DNA of 64,000 nucleotides from Candidatus Thorarchaeota archaeon SMTZ1-45 (GCA_001563335.1 LRSL01000069.1:115129-179128); one strand, 5' to 3'; positions 49,410 to 59,533 are shown, counted from the first letter of the stretch. The notes: generated from the letters alone by a model not told the origin. Translations and numbers: made by a program.

Positions 49410-50435
49410 CTAGTAGATTTTGAAAGCATCGGCATGTGGAATTTTGAATGATTCTTTATCGGGATTAAATTTGAGAACAGTGTGGTACGCAGCCATCTGA
49501 AGCGCGATTGTATTAGAAATTACCTGGGTCAATGGATGTTTTAATCCCAGCTTCTCATTTGCGTAAAGATGATACGCTCTCATTTTGAGCGTATTCCTAA
49601 GCACGCTCATGTAAACATAATCGGATGGATCAGTAGGGCTTTTTGTTACCAACACAGCACTCTCCTCATCATTGATTGATAGATTGTAATGATGTCGAAA
49701 GTCTTCTCTGATAGATGCACATCCTTTCAATACAGAGTATTCATTGAACTTCATCATTCCAATTTGTGCGGCAACATGGTTTGGTCCCTCAGATATGAGA
49801 TAGATAGGAACATTGGGACTAGTGAGTTGGGAGATAGCCGTTCCCTCTCTTTCCGCCCAAGTTATCATGTCTTTTCTGATTTCTCTCAATTGCTTAATAT
49901 CCTGATCAAGAACATCCTCGGATTTATCATCAATTAGTGATGAAACAACTAAGAGATATACCATCGCAGCTGTAGTAGGCGCTGAAGGACTCGTGTTGTA
50001 GGTTTCGACACCTGATTTAGTAAGCCAGATTTGATCAGCCTCCTGTGAAGCTATCCCATTCTTATTATCAGTCAATACAATGATTTCTGCACCTTGTGAC
50101 CTAGCTTTCTTTAGCGCCTCAATTGTTGCCAGACTCCTTCCAGATGCAGTTATTCCAATTACTGCAGAGTTTTTGTCAAGACGTAAATAGTCAATCTCAT
50201 CTGGTGAAACAAAGAGGGCGTTGTACCCAACCCTTAGGAGCGCCCATCTACCATAATTAGCTGCTGCATATGAATCACCACACCCAATCAACACGACTTG
50301 TTTCCTGTTCTCTATGACCTTTGCAGCAGTTTCAGCGACTGAGTCAATAGTCCTAGGGATTGCTCGCTCCTGTTTCTTTATTGCATCATAGCATGTGTCT
50401 AAGAACTCTGTCATGAGATATTCAATCCCTCTCAA
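49410..50435 (-). CDS. SIS-domain sugar isomerase/deaminase (GlmS/FrlB-like)
   Basis: GCGDSY, TASGRS..T, KFNE...EDFRH. Confidence 0.85.
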   Translation of the reverse strand: MRGIEYLMTEFLDTCYDAIKKQERAIPRTIDSVAETAAKVIENRKQVVLIGCGDSYAAANYGRWALLRVGYNALFVSPDEIDYLRLDKNSAVIGITASGRSLATIEALKKARSQGAEIIVLTDNKNGIASQEADQIWLTKSGVETYNTSPSAPTTAAMVYLLVVSSLIDDKSEDVLDQDIKQLREIRKDMITWAEREGTAISQLTSPNVPIYLISEGPNHVAAQIGMMKFNEYSVLKGCASIREDFRHHYNLSINDEESAVLVTKSPTDPSDYVYMSVLRNTLKMRAYHLYANEKLGLKHPLTQVISNTIALQMAAYHTVLKFNPDKESFKIPHADAFKIY

Positions 50436-50932
50436 AGCATGTTGAAGTCAGGAGGTTCTATTCCTTCCAACCTCATTAACCCTGCCAATAGACCTCGATG
50501 ATGTGTTTCATGGTTAATCATATGAAGCAATGCTTTAGCCACAGTAAAACTCACAGTCTGATTACCCCACGACACACTCTTCACATGATGCAACTTTACA
50601 TCATTAAGGTTAGCTATGAAATCTCTTGTTTTTTCATGAATCTTTGACCAGATTGTTCTAATGGATTGGACATCGTTCAAACTCGCTGGTTCTATGTATT
50701 CAGGCTCGCTTTCATCAAGAACTGATATCCAGTACCTTTCTGTGTTCACTAAGTGAGCAAGGATATTCCGTATCGAACCTTTACCAACCCCTAAATCATC
50801 AAGAAGTCTGTCACGACTCATCTGTTCTAGAGCTTGAAGAAGTGGCTCTCTACATGCAAGATTGTGATCGAACAACATCTCGATACAGGACATCATAATA
50901 AGGAGTAAATCACATTCCCTTATCTGAATCAC
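50432..50932 (-). CDS. DinB family protein
   Basis: SIRNILAHL, LHMINHETHHRG. Confidence 0.9.
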   Translation of the reverse strand: MIQIRECDLLLIMMSCIEMLFDHNLACREPLLQALEQMSRDRLLDDLGVGKGSIRNILAHLVNTERYWISVLDESEPEYIEPASLNDVQSIRTIWSKIHEKTRDFIANLNDVKLHHVKSVSWGNQTVSFTVAKALLHMINHETHHRGLLAGLMRLEGIEPPDFNML

Positions 50933-51061
50933 GATACGGGATACAATTCATTAACGAACAATGAAATCCGCCATTGTTGTCATATGATTACCCTTTTAGT
51001 TATTGCCTGAGTAATATATCTCACTTAGAGCAAATTGCAATTGAAAAGGAGCTCAGAAAGA

Positions 51062-51607
51062 ATGGTCCTACCAATTGGTCCTCTCATGATTGAACACAGA
51101 CTGATTGAACGCATGATATCTGTGATGGGAAGGGAGCTAGAACGCATCAGGAAAGATGGAACTGCAAATCCAAAATTCATTGATACTGCAACCAACTTCA
51201 TTCGAATCTATGCAGACCAGTGCCACCATGGAAAAGAAGAGAAAATCTTGTTTCGTGATCTTCAGAAGAAAAAACTAAAACCTAATGACAAACGAATCAT
51301 GGATGAATTGATACAGGAGCATGTCCTAGGCAGAAAGCTTACTGGTGGACTTGTCGCGGCTAAAGAAAGATACGAAGCTGGTGATAAAGCAGCTCTTGAT
51401 ACCATAATAGACATTATGCAACAGCTCGTTGATTTCTATCCCAAACATATCGAAAAAGAAGATAAGGTCTTCTTCAAATCAGCAATGACATACTTCGATA
51501 AAGCTGAGAAAGACGCGATGCTAGAAGAAGAATATGAGTTAGACAAGAGATTCATTCATGTGGTCTACAGAAACATCGTATCACAGGCGGAACAAGCTTT
51601 CAAGTGA
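51062..51607 (+). CDS. Hemerythrin-domain protein
   Basis: EHRLI, HHGKEE, EH, HIEKED. Confidence 0.9.
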   Translation: MVLPIGPLMIEHRLIERMISVMGRELERIRKDGTANPKFIDTATNFIRIYADQCHHGKEEKILFRDLQKKKLKPNDKRIMDELIQEHVLGRKLTGGLVAAKERYEAGDKAALDTIIDIMQQLVDFYPKHIEKEDKVFFKSAMTYFDKAEKDAMLEEEYELDKRFIHVVYRNIVSQAEQAFK

Positions 51608-51630
51608 TATGAAGACTCAATGAGAAAAGA

Positions 51631-52065
51631 TTGGTGCTTTGGATGACATCACTGGACGATTTTAACTTCAAAGTTGAGATTCCCATCGCTTGGGGAGATA
51701 TGGACGCTTTTAACCATGTGAACAACACACGATTCTTCAGATACTTTGAAACCGCTCGTATAAGATATTTTGAGAAAGTAGGATTCATTGAAACCATGGA
51801 GAAGCACTCTATAGGTCCGATTTTGGCCAATATCTCTGCCAAATTCATTAAACCTCTGTTTTATCCTGATATAGTGACTGTAGGTACTCGTGTGACCTCA
51901 ATTGAACCGACCCAATTCGTTATGGAATATATCATCGAGAGTCACTCCAAAGGGATCGCTGCCATTGGTGAATCCAAAATCGTGGTATATGATTACAAAT
52001 CTTCAGAGATAACAACTCTTCCTGATACTGTCAGAACTAGGATTAGAGAGATTGATTCTATCTAG
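51631..52065 (+). CDS. Acyl-CoA thioesterase (4HBT / hotdog fold)
   Basis: WGDMDAFNHVNN..FF.YFE.AR. Confidence 0.9.
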   Translation: MVLWMTSLDDFNFKVEIPIAWGDMDAFNHVNNTRFFRYFETARIRYFEKVGFIETMEKHSIGPILANISAKFIKPLFYPDIVTVGTRVTSIEPTQFVMEYIIESHSKGIAAIGESKIVVYDYKSSEITTLPDTVRTRIREIDSI

Positions 52066-52109
52066 AATTCATAATTTATCTCTCATGCTGAATAACTAGA
52101 ACGAGAAAG

Positions 52110-52132
52110 TAGCGCTCCCGCTGGGACTTGAA
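52110..52132 (-). repeat. Degenerate tRNA 3'-end fragment (att-like)
   Basis: Minus strand TTCAAGTCCCAGCGGGAGCGCTA; 3 differences from 53499-53521. Confidence 0.7.
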
Positions 52133-52219
52133 TACTAAACTAAGAGTATGAGATACAGAGAACTATCTCTCTTAGATTGCAAACTATTTAAATCCAAATT
52201 CTTCTAATATTAACCATAT

Positions 52220-52720
52220 TTGGTTAACCAAGAACATGTGTGTATTTCTATGCAGCCTATCCACTTCAAGTTTCCATCAAAGCAGCAGGAGCTTATATGG
52301 CAGAAGAGACGAAATAGAACCCCTCCATCGATAATCGCCCAAGAATTGGATGTGTCTCGTGCATTAGTGAGTAAGGCGCAACGAATTGCTGAAGAGAGAA
52401 TAGAGAAAATCCTACGACACACTGCTTCAACAAATCGGATTAGAATTCAAAAAATCAGCCCAAGGTATGGATTTGCATCAGGCTATTGCTATGCAAACAA
52501 ATCGGATGTATACATTGTGTACTCTCCTACTTTAGGAACTCAACTATGGTTCAATCATGAAGGGGACTGCAACAATTGTATTGAACAGCCAGTATGCGAA
52601 AAGACAATCCACACACTTGCACAAGAATGGAATCTCCCACTTCCAAAGGGAATACCTGCAACAGAAGCAGCGGAGGAGTTGTTTATCGCAATAATGAGGC
52701 GTCTGAAATGGATCGAGTAA
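52220..52720 (+). CDS. HTH DNA-binding protein with Cys/His motif
   Basis: PSIIAQELDVSRALVSKA; HEGDCNNC....C. Confidence 0.7.
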   Translation: MVNQEHVCISMQPIHFKFPSKQQELIWQKRRNRTPPSIIAQELDVSRALVSKAQRIAEERIEKILRHTASTNRIRIQKISPRYGFASGYCYANKSDVYIVYSPTLGTQLWFNHEGDCNNCIEQPVCEKTIHTLAQEWNLPLPKGIPATEAAEELFIAIMRRLKWIE

Positions 52721-53481
52721 GCACGAAGACATTGTATGGGCTGGTCAAAGAATGGATCAACCAACCGTGGGGAGGTACTCGGAATATTCGCATTTGCGAA
52801 GAATTGTGGAATTCTATTGAAGCTTATGAACTGATAGAAGGACCATTTGGTGATTCTGTAACTCTACTTGAATCCTGTATTGTTGATTCAAACGAAGCAT
52901 TAGAGGCAGGTCTATTGAGTGAGGAACAGGCATTAGACAATCTGAAATGCCTTTTGGAGAATGACGATTTTGTACTAGGCGCCCGAATTATAGAGGTATC
53001 TGTCGAATCAAACCCAGTGTGCAGAATATCAAACATCGACAGTTTACTACAGAAGGATTGGCCAATCGGTCCTCAAAAACCTCAGTGGTGGAAACGAAGT
53101 GTTCGAAGTTTCTGGTTTTTTGTAGGAGTTGTTTCCTTTACCATAATGATTATCATCAGTATCGCAATGATTAACCTCGGAATCTTACCGCCCATACAAC
53201 TCTTCCTAGCTGTTGCAATTGGTATTCCAATGTACGCAATGAGTTACTATTTTCGTACAATAGCTACCAAGAGAATGTGGAGAATAATATTCATTCTTAT
53301 TGGTTCCTGTTTCATAGGATTCTGGTTCATCTTGGTTCCATCGGTGTACCTTTTCGCCCCAGTTATTCGATTGATTCCCTGGTGGATAGGAATGCCTCTT
53401 CTGACAATTCCACCCTTAGTACTAGGTGCTTTCATAGGCGACTGGATCGGAAAACGACGGGATTACAGACCTTACATGTAA
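52708..53481 (+). CDS. Hypothetical membrane protein (4 C-terminal TM)
   Basis: ATG 52708 overlaps the upstream gene; hydrophobic C-terminal half. Confidence 0.65.
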   Translation: MDRVSTKTLYGLVKEWINQPWGGTRNIRICEELWNSIEAYELIEGPFGDSVTLLESCIVDSNEALEAGLLSEEQALDNLKCLLENDDFVLGARIIEVSVESNPVCRISNIDSLLQKDWPIGPQKPQWWKRSVRSFWFFVGVVSFTIMIIISIAMINLGILPPIQLFLAVAIGIPMYAMSYYFRTIATKRMWRIIFILIGSCFIGFWFILVPSVYLFAPVIRLIPWWIGMPLLTIPPLVLGAFIGDWIGKRRDYRPYM

Positions 53482-53491
53482 TTTGGACAGA

Positions 53492-53523
53492 AAGAAGGTG
53501 GCGCCCCCGCCGGGACTTGAACC
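53492..53523 (-). repeat. tRNA-Asp 3'-end plus trailer fragment, inverted relative to tRNA-Asp
   Basis: Minus strand GGTTCAAGTCCCGGCGGGGGCGCCACCTTCTT versus 54903-54934: 30/32 identical. Confidence 0.85.
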
Positions 53524-53595
53524 TAGATAAGCTTCTCAGTATGAACTACTACTATGATTTATCATCAAGAATGAGTTCATTTCTGATGACTAAAC

Positions 53596-54660
53596 ATGCC
53601 TAGCCTCTCACAGGGAAAAATACGCGAACTCCATACACGAACAGAGGATTCAGATCTAGATTGGAAATCACAATACAACTTGAGGTCGCCATCTAAAAAG
53701 GCTGAACTAGCAAAAGATGTCTGTGCGATAGCCAACTATCTCTATCAAACCAGTGGACGCGGATATCTAGTCATTGGGACCGATGATAACGGCACTCCTA
53801 TAAGCGTAAATCCAAGTGATTATCCAGAAACAACAATACAGCAAATTGTGACAAGCCGAACAGACCCTCCTCCTATCTTCAATGTCCACCATGTTGTATA
53901 TACAAATCTGAATCTGGTCATTATAGATATCCGAAGAAGTACATCAGGGCCACACCAAGTGGTCCAAAATACAAGGCATCTTGGTTTTCCTATCAGGCGA
54001 GGCTCAACCACTGATTGGATGAGCACGAATGAAGTGTTTCAGGCAATGCAGGCAAGGGGACGAAGTTTTAGTCGAAGAAGTAGTGAGTATGAAACACTAA
54101 GTCAGGAATCAAGGTATCACAAAATCATAGATGATTGTGTGGAGGCTCTACATGGAATTGGTTTTGGAACAAATTCTGTCAAGCGGATTGAGGAGCGTAT
54201 TAGATATGTGGGAAGATATGTACGGTCGCGATTCATTGTTAAAGCCACTAGAAGGATAAATCATAGAGAATGGATTTTCCATTTTCTAGTAAACTCAGAT
54301 GAGGCTCCTCTTCAAGTTCTCTATAGTGTGGACTCCTACAATAATTTTACACGAAATAGTCCACCCCATCGTTCAATCATCATCTATATTGCACATGGTT
54401 CTGTCAGCTCCTCCTACTTCACAAGAAGAAGACAATTCTCATCACACTACAACAAAGTTGGAATCGAGCCGAAGATTACATACTTTGGTCTTGGCGAAGG
54501 AACTTCGAAAGTGCAGAATTTTGAATCCTGGTATTTACCCAAATTCTTTGTTTCAAACGTTAAATCAAAAGATGACATAAAAATGCGAATTGAGCTAATA
54601 CTGAAATGGATTGAGCAACATCGAGAATTGTTTGAAGATATCAGATTAGCATTATCATAG
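53596..54660 (+). CDS. AlbA_2/Schlafen-domain protein
   Basis: E...LDWK, ELAKDVCAIAN, GYLVIGTDD, IRRGSTT. Confidence 0.85.
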   Translation: MPSLSQGKIRELHTRTEDSDLDWKSQYNLRSPSKKAELAKDVCAIANYLYQTSGRGYLVIGTDDNGTPISVNPSDYPETTIQQIVTSRTDPPPIFNVHHVVYTNLNLVIIDIRRSTSGPHQVVQNTRHLGFPIRRGSTTDWMSTNEVFQAMQARGRSFSRRSSEYETLSQESRYHKIIDDCVEALHGIGFGTNSVKRIEERIRYVGRYVRSRFIVKATRRINHREWIFHFLVNSDEAPLQVLYSVDSYNNFTRNSPPHRSIIIYIAHGSVSSSYFTRRRQFSSHYNKVGIEPKITYFGLGEGTSKVQNFESWYLPKFFVSNVKSKDDIKMRIELILKWIEQHRELFEDIRLALS

Positions 54661-54819
54661 TATTGAATGAACTTAGATGCAGGGTGAAAGACTTGAGGAA
54701 TTTTCGAATCGGTTTAAGATCACAATAACATGTTTTTGTAACTTAGATTCCGGTCTATAGCTATATGTTCTTAACCGATGAGTTTAATAGAAAATCGACT
54801 TTGCTCCAACCGAACCGCA

Positions 54820-54927
54820 GCCCCTGTAGTGTAGTACGGTCAATACTGCAGATGTTTTACAGTATCCGGATTAGCATTCGAGACTGTCACTCTCGAGACC
54901 CGGGTTCGAATCCCGGCGGGGGCGCCA
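54820..54927 (+). tRNA. tRNA-Asp(GTC) with a 30-nt D-loop intron at ~20a/20b (54842-54871)
   Basis: GCCCCTG/CGGGGGC acceptor, CGAGA-CTGTCAC-TCTCG; intron helix ATACTG/CAGTAT, central CGG/CCG. Confidence 0.9.
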
Positions 54928-54945
54928 CCTTCTTCTCTCCTAGAA

Positions 54946-57900
54946 TCACTCTTCTATAATAAAACCCTCATCCTTGAGTTGTATTTTAACTCTCATAATC
55001 TCATCTTGAGGCTGATTCAAAAGGAAATCCATACTAGTTCGAGCTTTTTCGGGATGACTAGGAGGTATCATTAAGGCACATCGAATTTTAGAAGAATAAT
55101 CATCGATACTTGCTCCCCAATTGATAGAAACTCTACCTGAATTCACATGATATGATAATCTTAAGGGATTAAGACTCGCCATTATACCCAGCTTTTGGAT
55201 AATTCTAATTTCATCATCGATTAGTCTATTTCGATATTTCTTGATGGTATTAAGAATCTCAGTTGCAATCTGGGATATCTCCGGATTTGATAGTTCACTC
55301 TTTAAACGTTTCAAACGACCCATTGTAATATATCGTTCACGAATTCTCTCATATCCTTCTTTCTTGCTTAATGTTTTCATTTCATCAGATTCTGCAAGAA
55401 ACCGCATGGCTTCAGGAGATAGCAATGTTTCAAATTTGTACTTGCCCGCCTTTTTACCAGCTGACAAAACATGAGATCTAGTCCACGTTATTCGACCACT
55501 TTCATCAATATTACTCTCCTGTGCAAACATTTGTTTCATATACTCTATTTTAGCAAGAGTGGACCAAGTCCTACTTTGTATTGGTAAACCATGATTCAAA
55601 ATTGTACGGTCGCCTGCTGGAATTCCAGCTAATCGAATAATTGAATCGATTATTGATGGAAGCCACAATTCGTAAGTTCTGTTTCTCATCTTTGGCATTT
55701 TGCCCCATTGAATATCGCCTAATCGATTCATCAGCTTCTTTAAGGACTCAATTCGTTCTAAATTGGACTCATAGTATGTTGTTCCTCCCTTTAATCTGAC
55801 GTGACAATCACTTACAACAACGCCAAACAACCCTGCTAGAATTATCTCGAGTTCTTGATGCTCAATCATTGCTGGATTATATATCCCCCCATGACCATCC
55901 TTCCCTCCAATCTTCATATAATGAACTTCAAAATCTCTAAGTGATTTCCCAAGAATATCACAAAGAAGATTCATTGTGCTTCCAGAGATTCTGATTCTAT
56001 CACTTCTTAGATAATCAATTCCGTTGCTAGAGGTCAATTGTTTCACAAGTTTTCTAAAATCCCAATCAGTTTCTGCAAGAGTGCCTTCCAGACCTAGACT
56101 TGAAACAGCTTCTCTAATGATATGAAGCGGTGTGTGAGGGTCTGAAAAGAAATAGTATTGATTCTTGTAGATCGAATTCAAACTTAGTCCTTTGAGCTTG
56201 TGTTTCCAAACAATTAGCTTTTCATTTACAACTCCATATCGAATTTCATCTTTTTCAAGTTCGAGTTTCAAAAAATTGATGATGCTGTTTCTAGATGACT
56301 GGTTTATGTTTTTTAAATCAATAACACACAAACGAAATATCTTGAACAATTTCTTCAGTTTGAATTCTGATGGGTCTGAAAGAGTAAACTTGCTTTGGTT
56401 CGATGTAGATTCAGAAATGTCCACTCCTGGGAATTGATTATATTTTTGAAATTCCTTCTCTAATTCTCTAATTAGAGTTGGTTTCTTCTTTTGCTTTATC
56501 CAATCAGATACAGTCTTTCTATGTAACTTGTTTTCTTCTGCGAATTTCTTTACTGTGGATGATTTCTCATCTTCACCTGAATCGATTAAGGACATCAAAT
56601 CACAATAAACAAGAGCTCTTTGAAATCCCCCTTTAGCTGATTTTTTGAAGAACATCTTAGGATTTTGTTTGAACGTTATTATCAGATAATCTCTTGATCG
56701 TATTTCATGTAGTTCATCGTTCATCATTAATTGATGTCGTTGATTTTGTTTTCTGAAGTTGATTTCACGATTAAATCTTACAATTATATATGGCACAGAT
56801 TTTCCACGAAGCCACGAGATAATTCTCTCCCTAGAAACACCATATCTCTCGCTAAAGCCCTCAATTTGCTCTCTGTTGTAAATCTCCCATCCATGTCGTA
56901 GTCTGAATTTGATTCTACCTTCTCGATATGCTTTCACGATTTCAATCCAGGCTCTGGCTTCTCGTTTCCACTGCTCAAAGGGTGCCATTGGGTTTTCAAA
57001 CTCTAGGCGAGGGTTCCTTTGCAGGAATTCCTCAAACTCATCCAAGTCCACGGGATGACTCTGTTCTCTTATCTTACGAATCAAATTGTCTAGGATCCTA
57101 TACCCCTCAAACCTGAGTACCTTTTTCAGTGCTTCAGGATGATATCTCTGCTCAGTCCATCTCTCGGCTTGCTCTGGATCAATCTCAAGCTCCTCTACAA
57201 GCTCTTCAATACTTGCTTCAGGCTTGGCTGTACGAGTCTTCTTGAAACGGAGGAACTCCCTAATCTCCTCGGTCACTTCATCCTCTTCTAATAGGTTTTC
57301 AAGTCCATGTCTTCTTACTAGTTCCTCAAAGTCATCTTCATCCTCAATCAAATCCTCAAGATATTTCCTGAAACTCTCTCTTATCTCTTCAGGAAAACTA
57401 CTGAAGATTTCATCAACAACTCTCTTCCTTGCTTTTCCTTCAGGTGAATGCTCATCCAAGGGTTCTGATTCAGTAGTTTCTTCTTTACTCTCCTGTTTTG
57501 TAGAGTCTTCAACATCCTCAGAAACATCCTCACTTTGTCTGTATAACTCATGTTCAGTGCTTACCTCTATCTTTTTCTCCCCACTTGTTTCATTATGTTC
57601 ATTCTTCGCTTCATCCGAACATTCTGTAGTAGCAGGCTTAGTCATTTCTCTCTGATATTCTACTTCTTTGTGTGTAACATCGTCCACAGGCTCTGACTCT
57701 GCTATACTTTCTTGAGTAATTTGTTGCAATCGCTTTTCGGTTTCATCCTCTTCTTGCGTGATTGTTTTTTTCCCTTCTGACTGCACAGCCTGGGGTTCGG
57801 TGTGCTTTTTAGATGAAGGTTTCTCTGAAATGTCAGCTGATTCCTGCTCAGGTTCTTGCGTTTCTTTAGTGGTTTCAGATTTTGCCCTATTCTCTGAGTA

Positions 57901-58524
57901 TTCACTACTTTCAAGCTTCATTGAGTACATTAAACCGCTGCCGTCGTCATAGTACAACTCCTTGTCCTCTATCTTTCTCTGGTTGAACTCATCAACAGGT
58001 TCACTCTCCTTCTTTTCGTCAACGCTTGGTTCATCAGATGACTCTTCTATCTCAAACTCAGCCTCATCAACGATTTTCTCTTTCCATTGTTCTTTCACAT
58101 CTTCTAGATTGACATCATAGTTCTTAAAATCCTCAAGTACGTCCTTCTCCCACTCACTCGGACTATTTTGACCCTTATCCTCTTCATCAAGGTTCTCCAG
58201 AGCATCTCTGAGTCTATCCTCAATTGACTCGCTGGTTCGTTCCATCTTCTCGAGATCCTCAAGGGCATCTTCCATTCTGCGGGAAATATTCTCCTCCTCA
58301 GTTTCTTGTTTCCACAAATGCTCTATTGCATTTTTTACCATCTCAGTGGTAGAAACCTCCCTCATCTTACAAGTTTCAGAACTCTCTTCTCCTGTTTCAA
58401 GAGTTCTGTTCTTCTCCCACATCATTTCAGCTTTGCTCAAATCCTCAACACAATTGTTCTCGCTATCCTCATTATACTCTCTCCGACGTTGTTTACCCCC
58501 GTTCCTAGATACACCATCCATCAT
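54946..58524 (-). CDS. 1192-aa protein: acidic low-complexity N-terminus, HTH-like repeats, C-terminal LAGLIDADG-like domain
   Basis: GGAGG SD; ILAGLFGVVVSDCHV and YMKQMFAQESNI helices; three HTH-like units ending in W. Confidence 0.7.
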   Translation of the reverse strand: MMDGVSRNGGKQRRREYNEDSENNCVEDLSKAEMMWEKNRTLETGEESSETCKMREVSTTEMVKNAIEHLWKQETEEENISRRMEDALEDLEKMERTSESIEDRLRDALENLDEEDKGQNSPSEWEKDVLEDFKNYDVNLEDVKEQWKEKIVDEAEFEIEESSDEPSVDEKKESEPVDEFNQRKIEDKELYYDDGSGLMYSMKLESSEYSENRAKSETTKETQEPEQESADISEKPSSKKHTEPQAVQSEGKKTITQEEDETEKRLQQITQESIAESEPVDDVTHKEVEYQREMTKPATTECSDEAKNEHNETSGEKKIEVSTEHELYRQSEDVSEDVEDSTKQESKEETTESEPLDEHSPEGKARKRVVDEIFSSFPEEIRESFRKYLEDLIEDEDDFEELVRRHGLENLLEEDEVTEEIREFLRFKKTRTAKPEASIEELVEELEIDPEQAERWTEQRYHPEALKKVLRFEGYRILDNLIRKIREQSHPVDLDEFEEFLQRNPRLEFENPMAPFEQWKREARAWIEIVKAYREGRIKFRLRHGWEIYNREQIEGFSERYGVSRERIISWLRGKSVPYIIVRFNREINFRKQNQRHQLMMNDELHEIRSRDYLIITFKQNPKMFFKKSAKGGFQRALVYCDLMSLIDSGEDEKSSTVKKFAEENKLHRKTVSDWIKQKKKPTLIRELEKEFQKYNQFPGVDISESTSNQSKFTLSDPSEFKLKKLFKIFRLCVIDLKNINQSSRNSIINFLKLELEKDEIRYGVVNEKLIVWKHKLKGLSLNSIYKNQYYFFSDPHTPLHIIREAVSSLGLEGTLAETDWDFRKLVKQLTSSNGIDYLRSDRIRISGSTMNLLCDILGKSLRDFEVHYMKIGGKDGHGGIYNPAMIEHQELEIILAGLFGVVVSDCHVRLKGGTTYYESNLERIESLKKLMNRLGDIQWGKMPKMRNRTYELWLPSIIDSIIRLAGIPAGDRTILNHGLPIQSRTWSTLAKIEYMKQMFAQESNIDESGRITWTRSHVLSAGKKAGKYKFETLLSPEAMRFLAESDEMKTLSKKEGYERIRERYITMGRLKRLKSELSNPEISQIATEILNTIKKYRNRLIDDEIRIIQKLGIMASLNPLRLSYHVNSGRVSINWGASIDDYSSKIRCALMIPPSHPEKARTSMDFLLNQPQDEIMRVKIQLKDEGFIIEE

Positions 58525-58532
58525 AAGGCCTC

Positions 58533-58673
58533 CTAGACATCAACACCTCTGATGATCATCAAGATATCCGGGAGAACAGCTATTTTCCTCAAGTCTTGTA
58601 TCTGATATTCTTCTGGAATCTCAACAACCTCCACAACTCCTACATGGATTTCGCTCAACCACGACTCTAGCAT
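58533..58673 (-). CDS. Small hypothetical ORF (46 aa) upstream of the giant gene
   Basis: MLESWLSEIH...RGVDV; AAGGT SD-like sequence; the stop overlaps the SD of the next gene. Confidence 0.4.
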   Translation of the reverse strand: MLESWLSEIHVGVVEVVEIPEEYQIQDLRKIAVLPDILMIIRGVDV

Positions 58674-58708
58674 GAGCTTACCTTCTTCAGACTATAGTTA
58701 AAGTAAGG

Positions 58709-59029
58709 ATGAACTATATTCAAAGCCCTTTGTACTGAGAACAAGAAAGATTGATGCCCGTTATATCTTTGAGAATCAGTATCAAAACTTGTACGGTGGG
58801 ATTATGGGCTCCCATGTTGGAGAATTCTAATTTTACGGTATTATGGGCTCTTTTTCACAAATTGAAAAGTCCATTTATGCAATCGGAATCGGTCTTCTGG
58901 ATGAAAGTCGAAAGGCCTAAACCAATCAATCCAAACTCTCTTCTCTCACTTAAATAAAGGATTGCAGTTGGCGGACTAGTTATTGGAGTTATTGTCATAT
59001 CAATAGTCCTACTTAGACATAGAAGATAA
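58709..59029 (+). pseudogene. Degraded gene remnant ending in a C-terminal membrane anchor
   Basis: IAVGGLVIGVIVISIVLLRHRR* at 58961-59029, preceded by stop-interrupted frames. Confidence 0.4.
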
Positions 59030-59425
59030 TATCATTCATACAGTGTTATAATTGTAGGCATGGAGTATTGTAGTTGTAAGCTGTGTAGAATTAATACATT
59101 ATACCACAGCAAATCCTGTAGCCCTAAATAGTAGAATGAAACCCATGATTTACCATGATCAATTATTCTCCTAGTTTATAAAAAACGATACGGATCGATG
59201 ACTGAGTAAGTTTATTACTGACCGAGGCCTATACTAACTTGGCTCATACAGCTAAGCCGTCCTTAGATGTTATGCCATTTCTATGTTTTATCGCAACCCT
59301 TTTATGGCTACAAAATTTCCCGTCCTCTGCTCAGACAGGACTGCTTCCCATTCATGCATGGTCGTAACTTGCAATTACTGGACATGTTGTAATACACGAT
59401 AATGTCATAGATGATGGGACAATTG

Positions 59426-59533
59426 GGGCTCGTGGCGCAGACAGGTAGCGCAGCAGGCTTTTAACCTGAGGATCAAGAGAGTCATCTCTTGCTCGGGAAC
59501 TGGCCGCGGGTTCAAATCCCGCCGAGCCCGCCA
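59426..59533 (+). tRNA. tRNA-Lys(TTT) with a 31-nt intron at 43/44 or 42/43 (~59470-59500)
   Basis: GGGCTCG/CGAGCCC acceptor, GCAGG-CTTTTAA-CCTG; intron hairpin CAAGAGA/TCTCTTG. Confidence 0.87.
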
